Assembly: GCF_001194135.2 (NCBI RefSeq)
Contig: NC_068983.1
Coordinates: 158,837,731-158,901,730 of the forward strand
Reading direction: 5' to 3'
DNA: 64,000 nt
Source of the DNA: Octopus bimaculoides
Lineage: Eukaryota
Position numbers and translations under genes: made by a program. The notes under the pieces were generated by a model, which had not been told where the DNA came from, did no database searches, and saw only the letters and a program-made list of their open reading frames with translations. Below are positions 13,581-27,209 of this stretch, piece by piece (position 1 is the first letter of the stretch; every line of letters starts with the position of its first letter).

Positions 13581-14369
13581 TTGAGGAAACAGATCCAAAA
13601 GTATATGGACAGACAAGTTTTCTGAAACAAGGTAAAGCAAAAAAGTAGTAATAATGGTTGAGAGTTAAGAACACACTGCTAATAGAACTAAAGCCAGACC
13701 TAACTATGTATACAGAGAGATAAATGTGGAATATAAGAAAACCTGCCAGTGTTTTCTCATAGACAGTCACAGACATTTGCTTAGCTGATCAGAAGAATTA
13801 ATGTAATGCGATTCCAGCTGTTTCTGGTAATTCATTCTGGTTTCATGACCCTGAGTAGATTTGAGATAAATTTCACTCCAGATAAGATGTTAATCTATCA
13901 CAGGTAACATTTTCTGATCTTTCTGCTGTCTTTCTCCAGACAGCTCTAAGATCCAAAGCAATGTGTTATGCCTAGAAACACGAAAAGTTTGCAGTTCAAG
14001 AATGGCAATATCACAGTTCACTTACAAAAGGTGATGAAATTTAAAAAGTCTCGAATAATTTCATCAAATTTTGAGCAGGTTAGGACTAGGTTTAAATGGG
14101 GTCTGTGTTTGTACTAAGATACATACACACATTTCTAGAAAACATGTATGAAGTAACATGAACTAGTTTGTAAAGGAAACCTAGAACCTGTTATGTTAAT
14201 CAGTAATTTAATGGTCAATGTAGAAAACTAGGTGAGGATTAGACTATTCAGATTATGTATGACAATATCTAAAAAAACAAAGGGCCAGAGCTGACAACAG
14301 AACTGATTGAATGACTTAATGTACAAGTAGATGCTCAGCAAAGCACTTTCATCAAACCTCTTTTCTTCG

Positions 14370-15060
14370 TAGCCTTCAATATTATCAGACAGGATTTCAG
14401 ACCTGGAAACTGAAGAGAGCTTCTATACACTGCAGAATCTATAATCAACTACCAACAATATTAGACTTTAAAGAATGAACTACGTCGGACATATGAAGGT
14501 GAACATAGCTACTTAGTTCAGAGCACAATAGCTGGACAAAGAAATTATCCATTCTTGGTGTGTAGGAAAAAAAGTGGATAAACACTCAAGAGTACAGTTA
14601 TGTTAATTGGAAAGCAGAATTTTAGGTGCATCCAACATACTGAAGTAGCTATCATGAGTGCAAAGAACAGAATACCATAGACTAGACTATTTAGATAGCT
14701 TATTGAAAATAACAGATAAAATCTGTCACCTAGCACAGAGACTAGGGCTCTAGATGTTCAGCAAAATTGATGAGTATATAAAAGTATGATGCTATACAGA
14801 AGTGAGGCATAAGCCATAAATGAAACTGCTGATGAATGCTTTGTACAGACTGAGTAGAATCGAATTGGGAAAAAATGATTAAGTAACAAAAGCATATGTT
14901 ACAGTATGAAAAAATTACTTTTGATCAGGTCATGTGAACAGAGGAATATAAATGTTAAGTGAAAAGGTACTTTGAGCTGGAAATGAAAAACACCTCTGGT
15001 TGAGATAAGCTAAATAAGGCCTGAGAAGTTAGATCAGCTCTGAGAACACTAAACCTAAAA
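14370..15060 (+). mobile_element. Highly degenerate RTE-like LINE RT/3' fragment
   Basis: Traces such as RQDFRPGN and a GHVNR-like C-terminal region, with many stops. Confidence 0.4.
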
Positions 15061-15539
15061 AAAAAACATGGCCAGGATTAGTCTTATATGTAGAAAATAC
15101 ATATTAAAACAATACATGCTTCATTTCAGTCATAACAGATTTTCCCATCAATAAAGTTTCAAACAGCAATGAAATATGTGAAGCAGGAAGAAGTGTAGCA
15201 TAAGCAAGTCAGAAAGAACTTGAATACTGAAGTCACTGGTTGAAAGAGAGATAGGGATATTTCATTTTTAGTATGACACAGGAATAACTTATGAAAATCA
15301 ACTAAACCAAATCCAGACATTAAAGAGAAAGAATACTTTTGTTTGTAATCGAAATAAAATCAAAGTAAAGTATGATGCAGAATGACAGCACATCTGAGAA
15401 AATCAAATTTAAATATTAACCCCGTTGTTGCCATATTTATAGTGAAATGTATTACCTTTGTTTCAATTAGTTTTTAAAATTTGAAGAATTTATTAAAATA
15501 ACTGTCATTATTCAGAAGTGTCTCATGGAGGAAATGACA

Positions 15540-15778
15540 AGAGATGGAGACTTTTGGCATTTTGCTGTGCTTGAGAGGACAGGTCAAGCTAGGTGAAATT
15601 GTAGTCATGGCCAGTGCCAGCGACATGTTAGCAGCATCCATTACACTATTGAGTGGTTGGCATTAGGAAGCCAAGTTGAAACAGACTAGAGCCCAGTCCA
15701 ACTCTCCGGCTTACAAGTTCCAGTCAAACCATCCAACCCACACCAGCATGGAAAAATGGATGCAAAATGACAATGATT
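15540..15778 (+). mobile_element. Degraded RTE 3' end / GAT-tailed repeat
   Basis: GAGTGGTTGGCATTAGGAAG...CCAGCATGGAAAAATGGATG tail. Confidence 0.7.
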
Positions 15779-16999
15779 ATTAAGTAACTGGTGTTTGGAA
15801 AATAAATTAGCAAGAAATTTTGATGGCAGGTTTTAATTTAAGTCACTTTAAAACAGGGAACTTGTATCACAGAAATATAGATGTTCTCAGGCAGGTTGGT
15901 ATCAAAAAGGTTAAATTCACATTCAATACCAAATAACTATTAACTCTTATTTAGGGTTTTAAATGTGTTAAGTGTTGAAGAAAAAGTACAAATGTTAATT
16001 ATAAACAAAGGATTGTTGAACTGTTAATACACCAATCAAATTGTCAGACAATGCTGTCCAAAGTGTTTTTGTTAAATACTCAAGGACTACATGTCAGGAA
16101 CAGGAGAAACAGGATTGTTCAACAGGAAATTTAACAATGCCCAACATGTCAGGTTTGAATCAGGAAGAAAGCAAAGAAGATTGTAACATAACTATTTGGT
16201 AACTAATAAATGCGAGTCTGAATGTGAAACCTGTTAAGAGATCAATAAAATAAATACTATTAAAAAAACTAGGATAAATGATTAAATATTGAAACTATGT
16301 GACATTTGCTTGGCTAATATAATGCTATTTGATCAAAAATACTAGGGGTTGCACAGCAAATACAGTCAGTTTACAAACTAAACAACAATTGAAATAGAAC
16401 TTGTAGCACAACCCATTTTTCCTGTAAGTTACTGGAAATAAGGTTTCAAACAATGTACACCAGTATAAATACAAAAGGAAAAAAATGCCAGCTAAACCAA
16501 TCTAAAATGTAATATTAATCAATACAAGACATAGATTTACTATTTAGCACCACATAGTCTAACAATGTAAACATTTATTATACCAGATAACAAATTCAGA
16601 ATAGAATGATATATAAATGTTAAAAGCAACACGTTGCAACCCAAGTGAAAAGATTAGCCACATATACATTTATCAATGAACTAAATCAAATAGTAACTGA
16701 AGACTATATCTGAAAAATTCAAACTTCTCTACAAATCATGAACATACCGTACACAAAGTTTGGCTTTGTCTGGGGCAATAATGACTCAAATATAAACAAG
16801 TTTTATCAATACTCCAAACATCAACACAGCATACATGCTCAATAATACAAACAACATACTTAAATCTGGAGTGTCACGTAAATTGAATCCTTATTGAGAG
16901 CAGAAAAATAAAACCTGAAGACTGGCTGAAAACTGTACAACTAAAAATAGAATAAGATTGTAAAATCACAACTACTGCTGGGCCTCACAATCACTGAAG

Positions 17000-17500
17000 A
17001 TTTCTTCTAGTGATCTCACATTTGAAACATTAGTAAAAACTACATCCTAAAGGTGGGGCTTAATCTTCCACACCTAACAATATTTTAGCTTCAATGGTTG
17101 CAAACCCTACTTCCACATTAGGGATGGTGCAGTTGCCACCTACACACACACCTATATACACAAAGAAAAGAGCACCTAACTGATTGCCTTAGAGCTGCTC
17201 ACCAACACATTCTAGTCTCTGGCCCACAAATGTACTGCACCCATACTCCAGCTTTGTTGTTGCTCAGCTCTTTGAAGAGCTGGCTAATCTTGTAACACCT
17301 CTAACTAGGCCTACCAGATTTACTGATCTCTCCTCTTGTCTCCTATGGTGCACCAACTCCACCGGATCCCTCACTTACTATGGACAATCTTATCTCTCAA
17401 CTGAATGTTTATCATCTGGAGTTCCATCCTGCCAAATTTTTCCCACAGTTACCAATTTGCATTAATCTCACTAGTCTCAGAGGGTTTTCAAAGCCCATAG
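17000..17500 (+). mobile_element. Degenerate CR1-like endonuclease-region relic
   Basis: Weak translated resemblance only; many lesions. Confidence 0.35.
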
Positions 17501-17540
17501 GAACAGACCTTTCCTTTAAACTAGGAAATAAAAAAAAAAA

Positions 17541-17926
17541 ACATTTACATTTGATGGATACTTGTCCTCATCTTGTTTGTTGTTAACAAGTTTTGGCTGA
17601 TGTATACTCCAGCCTTCATCAGGTGTCCTGGGGGTATTTTGAACCTGGGTTCTCATTCCTAAGGTATTTTTCCGATATTATTATTCAGGTCATTACCGGG
17701 AATCAAACTCAGAATCTTGGGGTTAGTAGCCTGCACTCATAACCACTATGCCATAATATCAGAAAAATACTTTAGGAATGAGAACCCGGGTTCAAAATTC
17801 TGCCAGGATACCTGATGAAAGCTGGAGAGTACATCAGCCAAAATATGTTAACAACAAACAAGATGAGTACAAATATCCGTCTAATGTAAATAATGTACAT
17901 AATTCCTCATCTCTCAAACATAGAGC
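17541..17926 (-). mobile_element. tRNA-headed SINE-like element with a Penelope-like hammerhead-relic tail and an inverted tail copy at its 5' end
   Basis: Minus strand 17753-17686 reads TGGCATAGTGG (A box)...GTTTGATTCC (B box). The tail contains CTGATGA-aGGCTG..CAGCC-AAAA. 17754-17893 is the reverse complement of 17541-17682. Confidence 0.75.
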
Positions 17927-17989
17927 TTTATTAAAAAAAATTAATAGTCCAAAAATAGTTTACAATACGAGAAAAGCTGAACATTAGAA

Positions 17990-18273
17990 GCATCAGTTGT
18001 GGCGTGCAAGAGAGACGATTGCGCTGGTATGGACATGTGGTGAGAATGGAGGAGGATAGCTGCGTGAAAAAGTGCCACACCCTAACAGTTGAGGGAACCC
18101 GTGGAAGAGGTAGGCCCAGGAAGACCTGGGCTGAGGTGGTGAGGCAAGACCTTCGTACATTGGGCCTCACCGAGGCGATGACTACGGACCGAGACCTTTG
18201 GAAATGGGCTGTGCGTGAGAAGACCCGGCAAGCCAAGTAAGATCGTTGCCAGTGCCCCTGGACTGGTTCTTGT
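17990..18273 (+). mobile_element. RTE-clade LINE ORF C-terminus (young copy, runs into a gap)
   Basis: QERRLRWYGHVVRMEEDSCVKKCHTLTVEGTRGRGRPRKTWAEVVRQDL matches the RTE RLRWxGHVxRM...GRPRKTW motif. Confidence 0.92.
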
Positions 18274-19749
18274 NNNNNNNNNNNNNNNNNNNNNNNNNNN
18301 NNNNNNNNNNNNNNNNNNNNNNNNNNNNNNNNNNNNNNNNNNNNNNNNNNNNNNNNNNNNNNNNNNNNNNNNNNNNNNNNNNNNNNNNNNNNNNNNNNNN
18401 NNNNNNNNNNNNNNNNNNNNNNNNNNNNNNNNNNNNNNNNNNNNNNNNNNNNNNNNNNNNNNNNNNNNNNNNNNNNNNNNNNNNNNNNNNNNNNNNNNNN
18501 NNNNNNNNNNNNNNNNNNNNNNNNNNNNNNNNNNNNNNNNNNNNNNNNNNNNNNNNNNNNNNNNNNNNNNNNNNNNNNNNNNNNNNNNNNNNNNNNNNNN
18601 NNNNNNNNNNNNNNNNNNNNNNNNNNNNNNNNNNNNNNNNNNNNNNNNNNNNNNNNNNNNNNNNNNNNNNNNNNNNNNNNNNNNNNNNNNNNNNNNNNNN
18701 NNNNNNNNNNNNNNNNNNNNNNNNNNNNNNNNNNNNNNNNNNNNNNNNNNNNNNNNNNNNNNNNNNNNNNNNNNNNNNNNNNNNNNNNNNNNNNNNNNNN
18801 NNNNNNNNNNNNNNNNNNNNNNNNNNNNNNNNNNNNNNNNNNNNNNNNNNNNNNNNNNNNNNNNNNNNNNNNNNNNNNNNNNNNNNNNNNNNNNNNNNNN
18901 NNNNNNNNNNNNNNNNNNNNNNNNNNNNNNNNNNNNNNNNNNNNNNNNNNNNNNNNNNNNNNNNNNNNNNNNNNNNNNNNNNNNNNNNNNNNNNNNNNNN
19001 NNNNNNNNNNNNNNNNNNNNNNNNNNNNNNNNNNNNNNNNNNNNNNNNNNNNNNNNNNNNNNNNNNNNNNNNNNNNNNNNNNNNNNNNNNNNNNNNNNNN
19101 NNNNNNNNNNNNNNNNNNNNNNNNNNNNNNNNNNNNNNNNNNNNNNNNNNNNNNNNNNNNNNNNNNNNNNNNNNNNNNNNNNNNNNNNNNNNNNNNNNNN
19201 NNNNNNNNNNNNNNNNNNNNNNNNNNNNNNNNNNNNNNNNNNNNNNTTTTACATCAACTCCTGTATTTCACCGATACATTCTTTAACCAGCCCAGAGGAA
19301 TGAAAGGCAAAACTGACCTCAGCAAGATTTAAACTCAGAATGTAAAAACCAAAAACAAATACAAGGCATTTTGTCCAATCCTCTAACTATTCTGCCAACC
19401 TGCCACCCTGCAAACCACTAATAATAAAAAATCTTTGTGCCTGGTTCTGATTGTTGATGTATTTGCTATTGTTTCCAGCTATATTCATTTTCAGGAAATT
19501 ACAAATATATTTCATTTGAATTAGCAACAAGTAAAAAAAAAAAAAAAAAGTATTTAGCTAGGAATGAAACATGAAAATGTAGACAGGAACTGAAATTCAA
19601 ACTATAAAAATTATAGCTTTAGTTTCAAGATATGCATTCACGAGGTATAACTGATAGTAATACACAGACCACATATATAAACATTAAAGTAACGCATGAT
19701 ATTATACTAAAACTATTAGCCAAAATCCTGGTAATTATTCTTCGAACAA

Positions 19750-20350
19750 TTTGATCAAGGGCTGTGTCCACAACCGTTGAAAGAATTTGAAAACTTGACA
19801 GCTACTAAACATCAGTGAAGTGATTCGAGAGGACTTGTGTGGAGGAAAAACTGGGTCAAGCATTTGGGTTAAAGGAGGTATATAAAACAGATGACAAGAG
19901 GAGAGAGGAGCCAGGTGTGCCTTAGTGGCCAAATCAGAGGAGCTAAGGTCTTTGTAATACTGGTAGACAGGGTAGGATATGAGAAAAGGTTGGAGATAGT
20001 TAATGAACAAGATCATGGACATGAACCAGTGTTTCATCGTCTCAATTTTTATAGAATTAGTTACTCAAGAGGTGAAGCATTTTTTGGCCTTCAAGAATAA
20101 GGTCAGTTTTTGCTACCTTGAATATTGAAATTGCCAAGAGATATCGACAATGGGAAGGCCTAGCATTTGTAGAGACACTGAAGGGTCTCATTGCATGCTG
20201 TTCATGTTTAGTGGGAGTACATTGTTTTTGTCATGTGAATTTGTACTGTAGAAGGAAACAAGGTTGACATGACCTATTGGAGTAGGTTTTCAATGATTCT
20301 ATTCACAAAGCCAGCACAGGCTTGTTGGTTGAGGTGACTAGGTTGCAATA
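19750..20350 (-). mobile_element. Degenerate CR1/L2-like endonuclease-region relic
   Basis: Minus-strand SLGNFNI (GDFN-like) motif and downstream DL-like motif, with frameshifts. Confidence 0.4.
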
Positions 20351-21404
20351 ATACTAGGCATAAATGTCACAAAGTAAGATCCTATGCACTTTTAATAGCA
20401 TCTATTAAAAAGAGGAGGGAGCAAAAAGAATTCTAAAGATAAGATTAAAGCTTAATCAGAGGTAAACAATAAAGACATAAATGGCACAACATATCTTCAT
20501 CCTCGTCATGGTGTAAAAATGACAATTATAAGACAATGCAGGATAAAGATCCTTTTATAAACAAAAACCTCAGCAAAGGTCATGGAAAATAAAGAGGTTG
20601 TGAATATAGTACTGAGATCAGCAAGATACAGTTAAATTATTGAAATCAAACTGCACACTGACATGAATTTATGTAACATGTTGCTGGCAGAGTGAATAAT
20701 ATAAGAAACCTGCATAAATAAAGGTTCATGAATTTAATCCCTGTCTGGGGGTGCCTGTTGATGAATGCAGATTAAACTGAAGTGTTGCATGTTACAATAA
20801 ATGTTTAAATTAAAACACAGAAAAAAAGATTAACAACTTGTTTTGTTAGGCATCGACTCGTCTACAAAATAACTAGGCATATAATAAGTTAAATAGGTGA
20901 GGTCTCTGACAAAAACTTTTTTATACGCATTTACTTCAGTATATTTCAATTCTGACTTAACTTTTATTTCCAACTGGTGGTGGTTTGATTTTAATATTTT
21001 AATAACATGATTGGAGGTGGAGTGAACCTAGCCACCATAAAAATCTCTGGCTTCATAAATATTTAAATACTAGAGTATTGTGTTCAAAAGTCACCTGATA
21101 CTAGATGAAGCATGATGATGGTAATACAAGTTCAATTTTAGACTAGATATTTGAGTATATTTCAACAAATTTTATGCAATATGTACACTATCAAAACCTC
21201 TACCATAAAAATTCCACTTTTATTGTCCTTAATTTAGAAAAACTGGAAAACTCTTTTTTCGTGTCAACAGCCTACACATACATCTGTACATAATTATATA
21301 CAATTAAGAGATCTGTACCAGAAAAAAAGCCAACACAATATCTTTATACAGGAAAAGTAATCACCCATGAAATATGTGTGTGTGCATGATTCCATATTTT
21401 ATAC

Positions 21405-21439
<35 letters not shown>

Positions 21440-22939
21440 AAAACACCAAAGTATATGAAGAGAGTAGAGGTAATTATAATAAGATTGAAAACTTTGGAAA
21501 ACAAATTCAGTAAGGGATTCAGTGCAGTGAAAAACTACAGTTAACAATATCTTTACTGTGCTCAGTAATAAAACCACACGTGCACATAGCCAATACCAGA
21601 GGGAAAGAGTAAGGCTGCGGCTAAGTTTTATAAAGCATCTTTTTCTTCATTTGAAGAAGAGAATTTGTACAATGTTGTACACGAGGGAGAGAAAGAAGTT
21701 ATTGCAAAACCACCAACTTTAAGAGATTAAATAGTGCAAGACTGTATGAACTAAGTGATTGAAAGTCAACGAAGTAAATTGCTAGAGTAAGCAGAAAGCA
21801 GGCATAAATACCCAGGGCAAGTTATTTTAGACTTACGCCTTTTAGACTTTGGTTGAAACATCTTGAAGGAAATGCTCCAGTTCTAATTCATTAAAAACAG
21901 CCAAGGATTTGTTGTAATATAAGCAGCCAACACCTGCTGATGAGGTCCACAGATTAGGCACTCATTCCAGTCAAAGACCAGAATCCTATCAGAATAATAT
22001 TTTCAGTTAATTTTTTTTTTCAAAAGAGAAAAAAAAAGCAACAATAAAACAGTATAGGGAGAGAGATAGAGAAACTGTTCAATTAATGTTTACAAAATCT
22101 TCCAAGTTAATGGATACACGTGTTATCAAAAGATGGTTACCATCTTTGAAAATAAAATGAACTTGCAAAATACACTAATGTATATAGCTTGAGAGATGTC
22201 TCCACCACATCCTACAAAGGTTCTGCGCTGGAAATCAGGTATAAATTATAGGGTCACTGGCAAATTCATGTAAACTGCAACTGGCTTCATATTTTAACAA
22301 AGTGTGCAATACATTAGATCCAGTTCTAGGTTATTATACAGCTGCGCTTTTAAGCCTTAAAACTTAAATAAGTTTTGTGCAATAATATTGCTTGAAAAAA
22401 AAGGAGAAAAAATAAAAACAAAACAATTATAAACTTGCATACTACAGTGAGGATTTGGTTTTGAAGACAAACTACAAAAGCAAGCAAAAAGCATTCATCA
22501 AAATAAAAACAGGTGATAAGCAAAAGTAAAAACTTCAATATTTCCTTTGTGTTTCTAAAATAAATGGAAAATTCAATTGCTGTTTAATAGGAATTAATAA
22601 AAAATAATCAAGTCCTACTGTCCTGTATTGGTTTGAAATCAGTTTTTATTTATCCTCACAATAAGTACAAATTTCTTTCAAAACGTTTCTGGTGGTGCCT
22701 ATTTATATGTCACGCATTTCAAATATTGTCTTTAAAATATACTGTTCAATTAAACAATTATAGACAAAAAAATACTGCTTCAACTTATTCTGCATGAATA
22801 AACAGAAAGTGGGTATTTACTTGCCTTTTACTTATTCTAGCTATTTTTCAACTTCATAGTAAATGAAATCTTTTAAATTATCTCAAAAGTGGTTCTTCAA
22901 ATGCTAAACAATGCATAAATCTCACAACAGTTTTAAAAT

Positions 22940-23170
22940 CAATTGCAGCGTGGAAGGTGTTTATAAGCCATTTAAAATAACACACAAAAGCCGTCAGATT
23001 CACTTCAACATTTAAATTTAATTTGTCAAAATATTTGTTGAAGTGAATCTGATAGCTTTTGTGTGTTATTTAAAATGGCTTATAAACANNNNNNNNNNCA
23101 CGCTGCAATTGTTTTCATTCCAGCACACGATCTCAGATCAGGTCACTTGCTATGCAAGCACATCTCCGTA
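22940..23170. repeat. Outward-facing inverted repeat module (Penelope pseudo-LTR-like)
   Basis: 22940-23010 is the reverse complement of 23036-23111; a unique tail runs to 23170; a 10-N gap lies inside the right arm. Confidence 0.7.
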
Positions 23171-26100
23171 AGTTTTAAAATCGCAAATTATTAAATGCTC
23201 TAGAATCACAATAGATTCTTAAAGTAGCTATCAATAGAGAACAGGAAGGAATTTAAAATTAACATGAAGAATGACATTTCTCAGTTACTTCATTATTGCT
23301 ACAATTGAACTAGAAAGAGTATGAGATTTTTTTCTTTTTTTCTGCTTAGTCTTCAAAACTAGAAATTACATCAAAATCCTAAATTTATACCATCTTTAAA
23401 GATGAAGAGACTGTGATTTGAATGCTAAATAATGATAAAATTTCTAATTCCACTCGACAAGATGGTTACAATTAGACAGTAACATGTACAGAGGCTATAA
23501 TGTTTAATAGGCCTCTCATGATCTTACTACACAGCTGCTATCTAGCATTAACTATCCACAGATATAGACTCCTCGTATTATAACCTATGAGTATCCATTA
23601 AAAGCAGAATAGTATAGAAAGATGTAGTTAAACACAACTATATAATCGTTGCCAGCATGGAAAACTATACAGACTAGATTTATCTACTTCTTTAGTTTCA
23701 AAGTATTCCATCTGCTGTTTTTCTCAACATATCATCCAATATAAATGACTTCTCCTACATAAATATTGGAAAACTTATCTCTAAACACTATTTTTCTGAT
23801 GAACCATAATTGCAAACAGTACAAAGATGATGTCTGGTATATAAAAGGATTCTAATTATTATTTTAGCAATATACAGCATGTGTAAAGAAATAAACATAG
23901 CCAGCTATGACATTGCAAATATACAACCATGTTACAAAAATATATATTTATTTCATTTACGAAATAGAATAAAATTAAATTATTAATGACAACTTCCTGA
24001 ACAAAGAGAAATGCAAATAGTGGAAGAAGAGTTAAAAATAGAGGAAATGTATGGTAGATAATATCAATGACTCCTTATGCCATAAGTTCAAATCCCTCAA
24101 CAGATTCTACCAAGCTAAAATCTCATGCAATTATCTGCTCAAAACATTTGAATTGTCTTAGGAAAATGCCTAATTCTTGAAACACTGGCAGAGAACTTCC
24201 AGACATGCTCAAAAGGGAAAATAAATGCAATAAAATAAGAGATGAATGTTAAAATTTCCTTAAAATGTTAAACCTTCATTCTGAGAAGTACACTACAGTA
24301 AAATGCATTTACATAGATCATAAGCTATTAGTTTAATATATCCCCCAAAATGAGATAAAATAGTTTTAAGAGAACAACAAACATTAGCTTGGTAGAGGGT
24401 AAGTGTATTAGAATGTTATACAAACAATAAACTGTATCAATTTATGTGGAGAGGTTAACAATAAAACAATGAGTACAATTTGGGTATGAAGACTAAAGAT
24501 ACTTCTGATAATAGGTAATTATCTATTTTTGAAGTGATCTAATTGGTGCTACTAATTAGTCAAGGGTATTCCAAAATAAGTAGAAAACTTGCAATTTAAG
24601 ATGAGTAATCTAATAGTATTTTGAAGGATAGACTGGATCTGGACAAGAAATAGTTGGGAAATTAAAAGAATTAGGTGTGGTTAGTAAAAATAAAATATAA
24701 GGTTTTTTTTTTCCTTCTTAAACTTTTATTCAGGAGAGAATGCAGTACCCATGAGCTGTTAGAGGGCCTCAGAGACTTATACAAGGGAGGATTAATTGAT
24801 TAGAAATAATAATTGACTTAAAAAGTAGATGAAAAAACAGCTATGATTGATATAGGTTCTCACATATGACTTAAAGATTTTTAAGCGAGGTAATTCATGC
24901 AATCAGGGAACAAAACCTCCCTCTATGAAGTGTTTACAATTTAAAATCAAAGAGGATAACTTCAGTATAATCAACCAATTGAAGTTTTAGGAAAATAAAA
25001 TGATACAGATTGGGGAAAGTAACAAACACGTCTTAATAGATCAGTGAAACATTTTACTAGTTGGCTGTGTGTGTGTGTGTGTGTGTGAAATTAGGAAATG
25101 ATCTGATTATAAATATCAACAAAATAGATGAAAATATCTTCAGGGAACATTCTACATATTAAACATACATATCGTAGGATATCACATGTCTAATATGTCT
25201 TACACTGTGTACTACAATGAGTGGAAAACTTCAGTCAACTGGAACTGTTTTTATATACACTTATCTCTTCCAAGTCTTGCCAACTGAATATGCTTCACTG
25301 AAGAGATCTAATATGACAAAAACATGTTCATTGCTCTCACCAATTGGTTTTTGAAGACAAAACCCCATTACCACTTCTATCTGCCCCATAATTTTAATAA
25401 ACTGAATTTATTGGAATTACCTCCCTTGTATTTTATTTTCCTTAGATTTTAAACAGCCCAAAAGAGGAAGTACTGTTGGCTGACTATGACTATATGTGTT
25501 TAGTATGCAGACTGTTCTCCTGATGAACTTCCACATGGCTATATTGTTGCTATATCAAAGTAGGTGTGACGATATAAATAAACAATATAATCAAAGATTG
25601 GATGAGTTTGCCTATTGATACAAAGCAAAGCAGCTATGGTGAAATGGCAGGTCACTTCCAAACAGTTACTCATTAATTTTATGCATTAAGTCTGCACAAT
25701 CAGACTAACTGAAATCATTCAATAGCACAATGGCAGGAGAAAACCCTTTTTTTAAAATTTTTACTTTTTAGATAAGTCAGTCAAAAGGGAAGTGCCAATG
25801 ACCTGTGCAGACCCTCCCAGACAGGTGAGATTGATGCAGCTGATACTCAGCCAAAATGACTATAGGAAAAAGATAAGCAAAGGATATCAGTTGGCCTAGT
25901 TCAAAATACTGACAAGAATAAATTCTGTAAAAGGCAACAAAGGATCAGATAATGGTCTTAAACCAGGCAATGTATTAAACATGCTAGCCAAAGACAACCG
26001 GATGGCCTCAAAATAAGATATGCCTAAAAGTTTCATTTATTGCAATTCTAGAAATGACAGAAGACAATTACAAAATAGTGATTATAAAATATGAAAGCAA

Positions 26101-27209
26101 ATATATTTGCAACAATCTTTCTCAAGTTAATTAGAAATGAAGTTTATTCCTAAAACCCTAGTAAAAACAAAAACAGATTTTTATGCAAAATTCAATTATA
26201 CTTGTCATGTGATCAGTGAAGTAGAAAAACGAAAGCCTGATCTATGTGAAGTTTTTCCAAATGTTAAAGTTGTATAGAATTTATGATGGAGTCCAAAATA
26301 AACTAATATTTACATAAGCTACAATTTGTTTATATATAAACAAGGATAAAACAACCAAAGCATCAGTTCATCACAAAATTTTGAAGGGTATTGGTGCACA
26401 CAAGAACATGTGCACCCACTCTCTTCACAAGTTTGGTTCAGTGAGCTTATACAGAGAGCATCTCTAAAAATTATAATACATATGAAGGACAAAACATTAT
26501 GCAATTGGCTAAACAGAGATTTGCAAGAATGCAGAATTGGAAAAAAATTTTGATGATGGGAAATTAGTAAGAAATAGTTTTCGATTAGAAATCTTGAAAG
26601 AGTGACACAAAATTACATTTTGTTCCTATTAGTGCAAATCTTATGCTAAATCTTTGCACCTTAATGATAGGCTGTGAATAAGGCAGCAGAGCCATGACTT
26701 GTGGAATTTTTCTTTCCATTCAATTACTTCGCACAAATTTGAAACGTCTAATGGAGATAAAATTAGATGGCAATAAAAGTTATAGTTTTCGATTCCTTTT
26801 AATTTACTGAAAATGTTTACTAACCCTGTTGAGTGGTAACAGAAACACAAAGCCTCAGTTCGGCATTAAATAGGCAGATCTTTAAAAACAAATCAATTCC
26901 ATTCTAATGCTGACTATAACAGTATACTTGACTCCTAACATCATAAATTCGAATCATTTAGCTAACAATGTCTCTTAACTAAGTTTCATTATTCTATATA
27001 TTGAAAATGACAATACTCCCCTCACAGCTAAACAGTGAGAGAAAGCTGCCTTCTAAAACTCCTTGTTCCTACAACAGGACGACATTATCCAATGTGCTCT
27101 TTTGTTGTTTAACCCTATGACAGCATTCAACAAGCCTATAACTAAAAGCATCCCAGTCATGACTGGCTAATCTTTTCGCAGGTATCTAAAAATAAAAATG
27201 GATCTGTGG

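Noticed and set aside
11090-13776. Long ORFs of 132-428 aa (SVCL/TDRQ-rich)
   Set aside because: Translations of GACA/GATA microsatellites and N-runs; only the Tx1-like part (10960-11394) is real coding relic.
16000-16260. Possible LINE ORF1 relic
   Set aside because: Resemblance is too weak to support without a profile search.
18215-19303. 346-362 aa ORFs (similarly 29548-30283)
   Set aside because: Open only because they span assembly gaps.
21925-21990. CTGATGA followed by GGTC...GACC as a hammerhead
   Set aside because: Followed by AGAA rather than GAAA, with no stem I or stem III pairing.
25290-25340. CTGAAGA..AAAA-ACATGTTC hammerhead-like relic
   Set aside because: G12 is missing, stem II is poor and there is no stem I complementarity; at most a heavily decayed relic.
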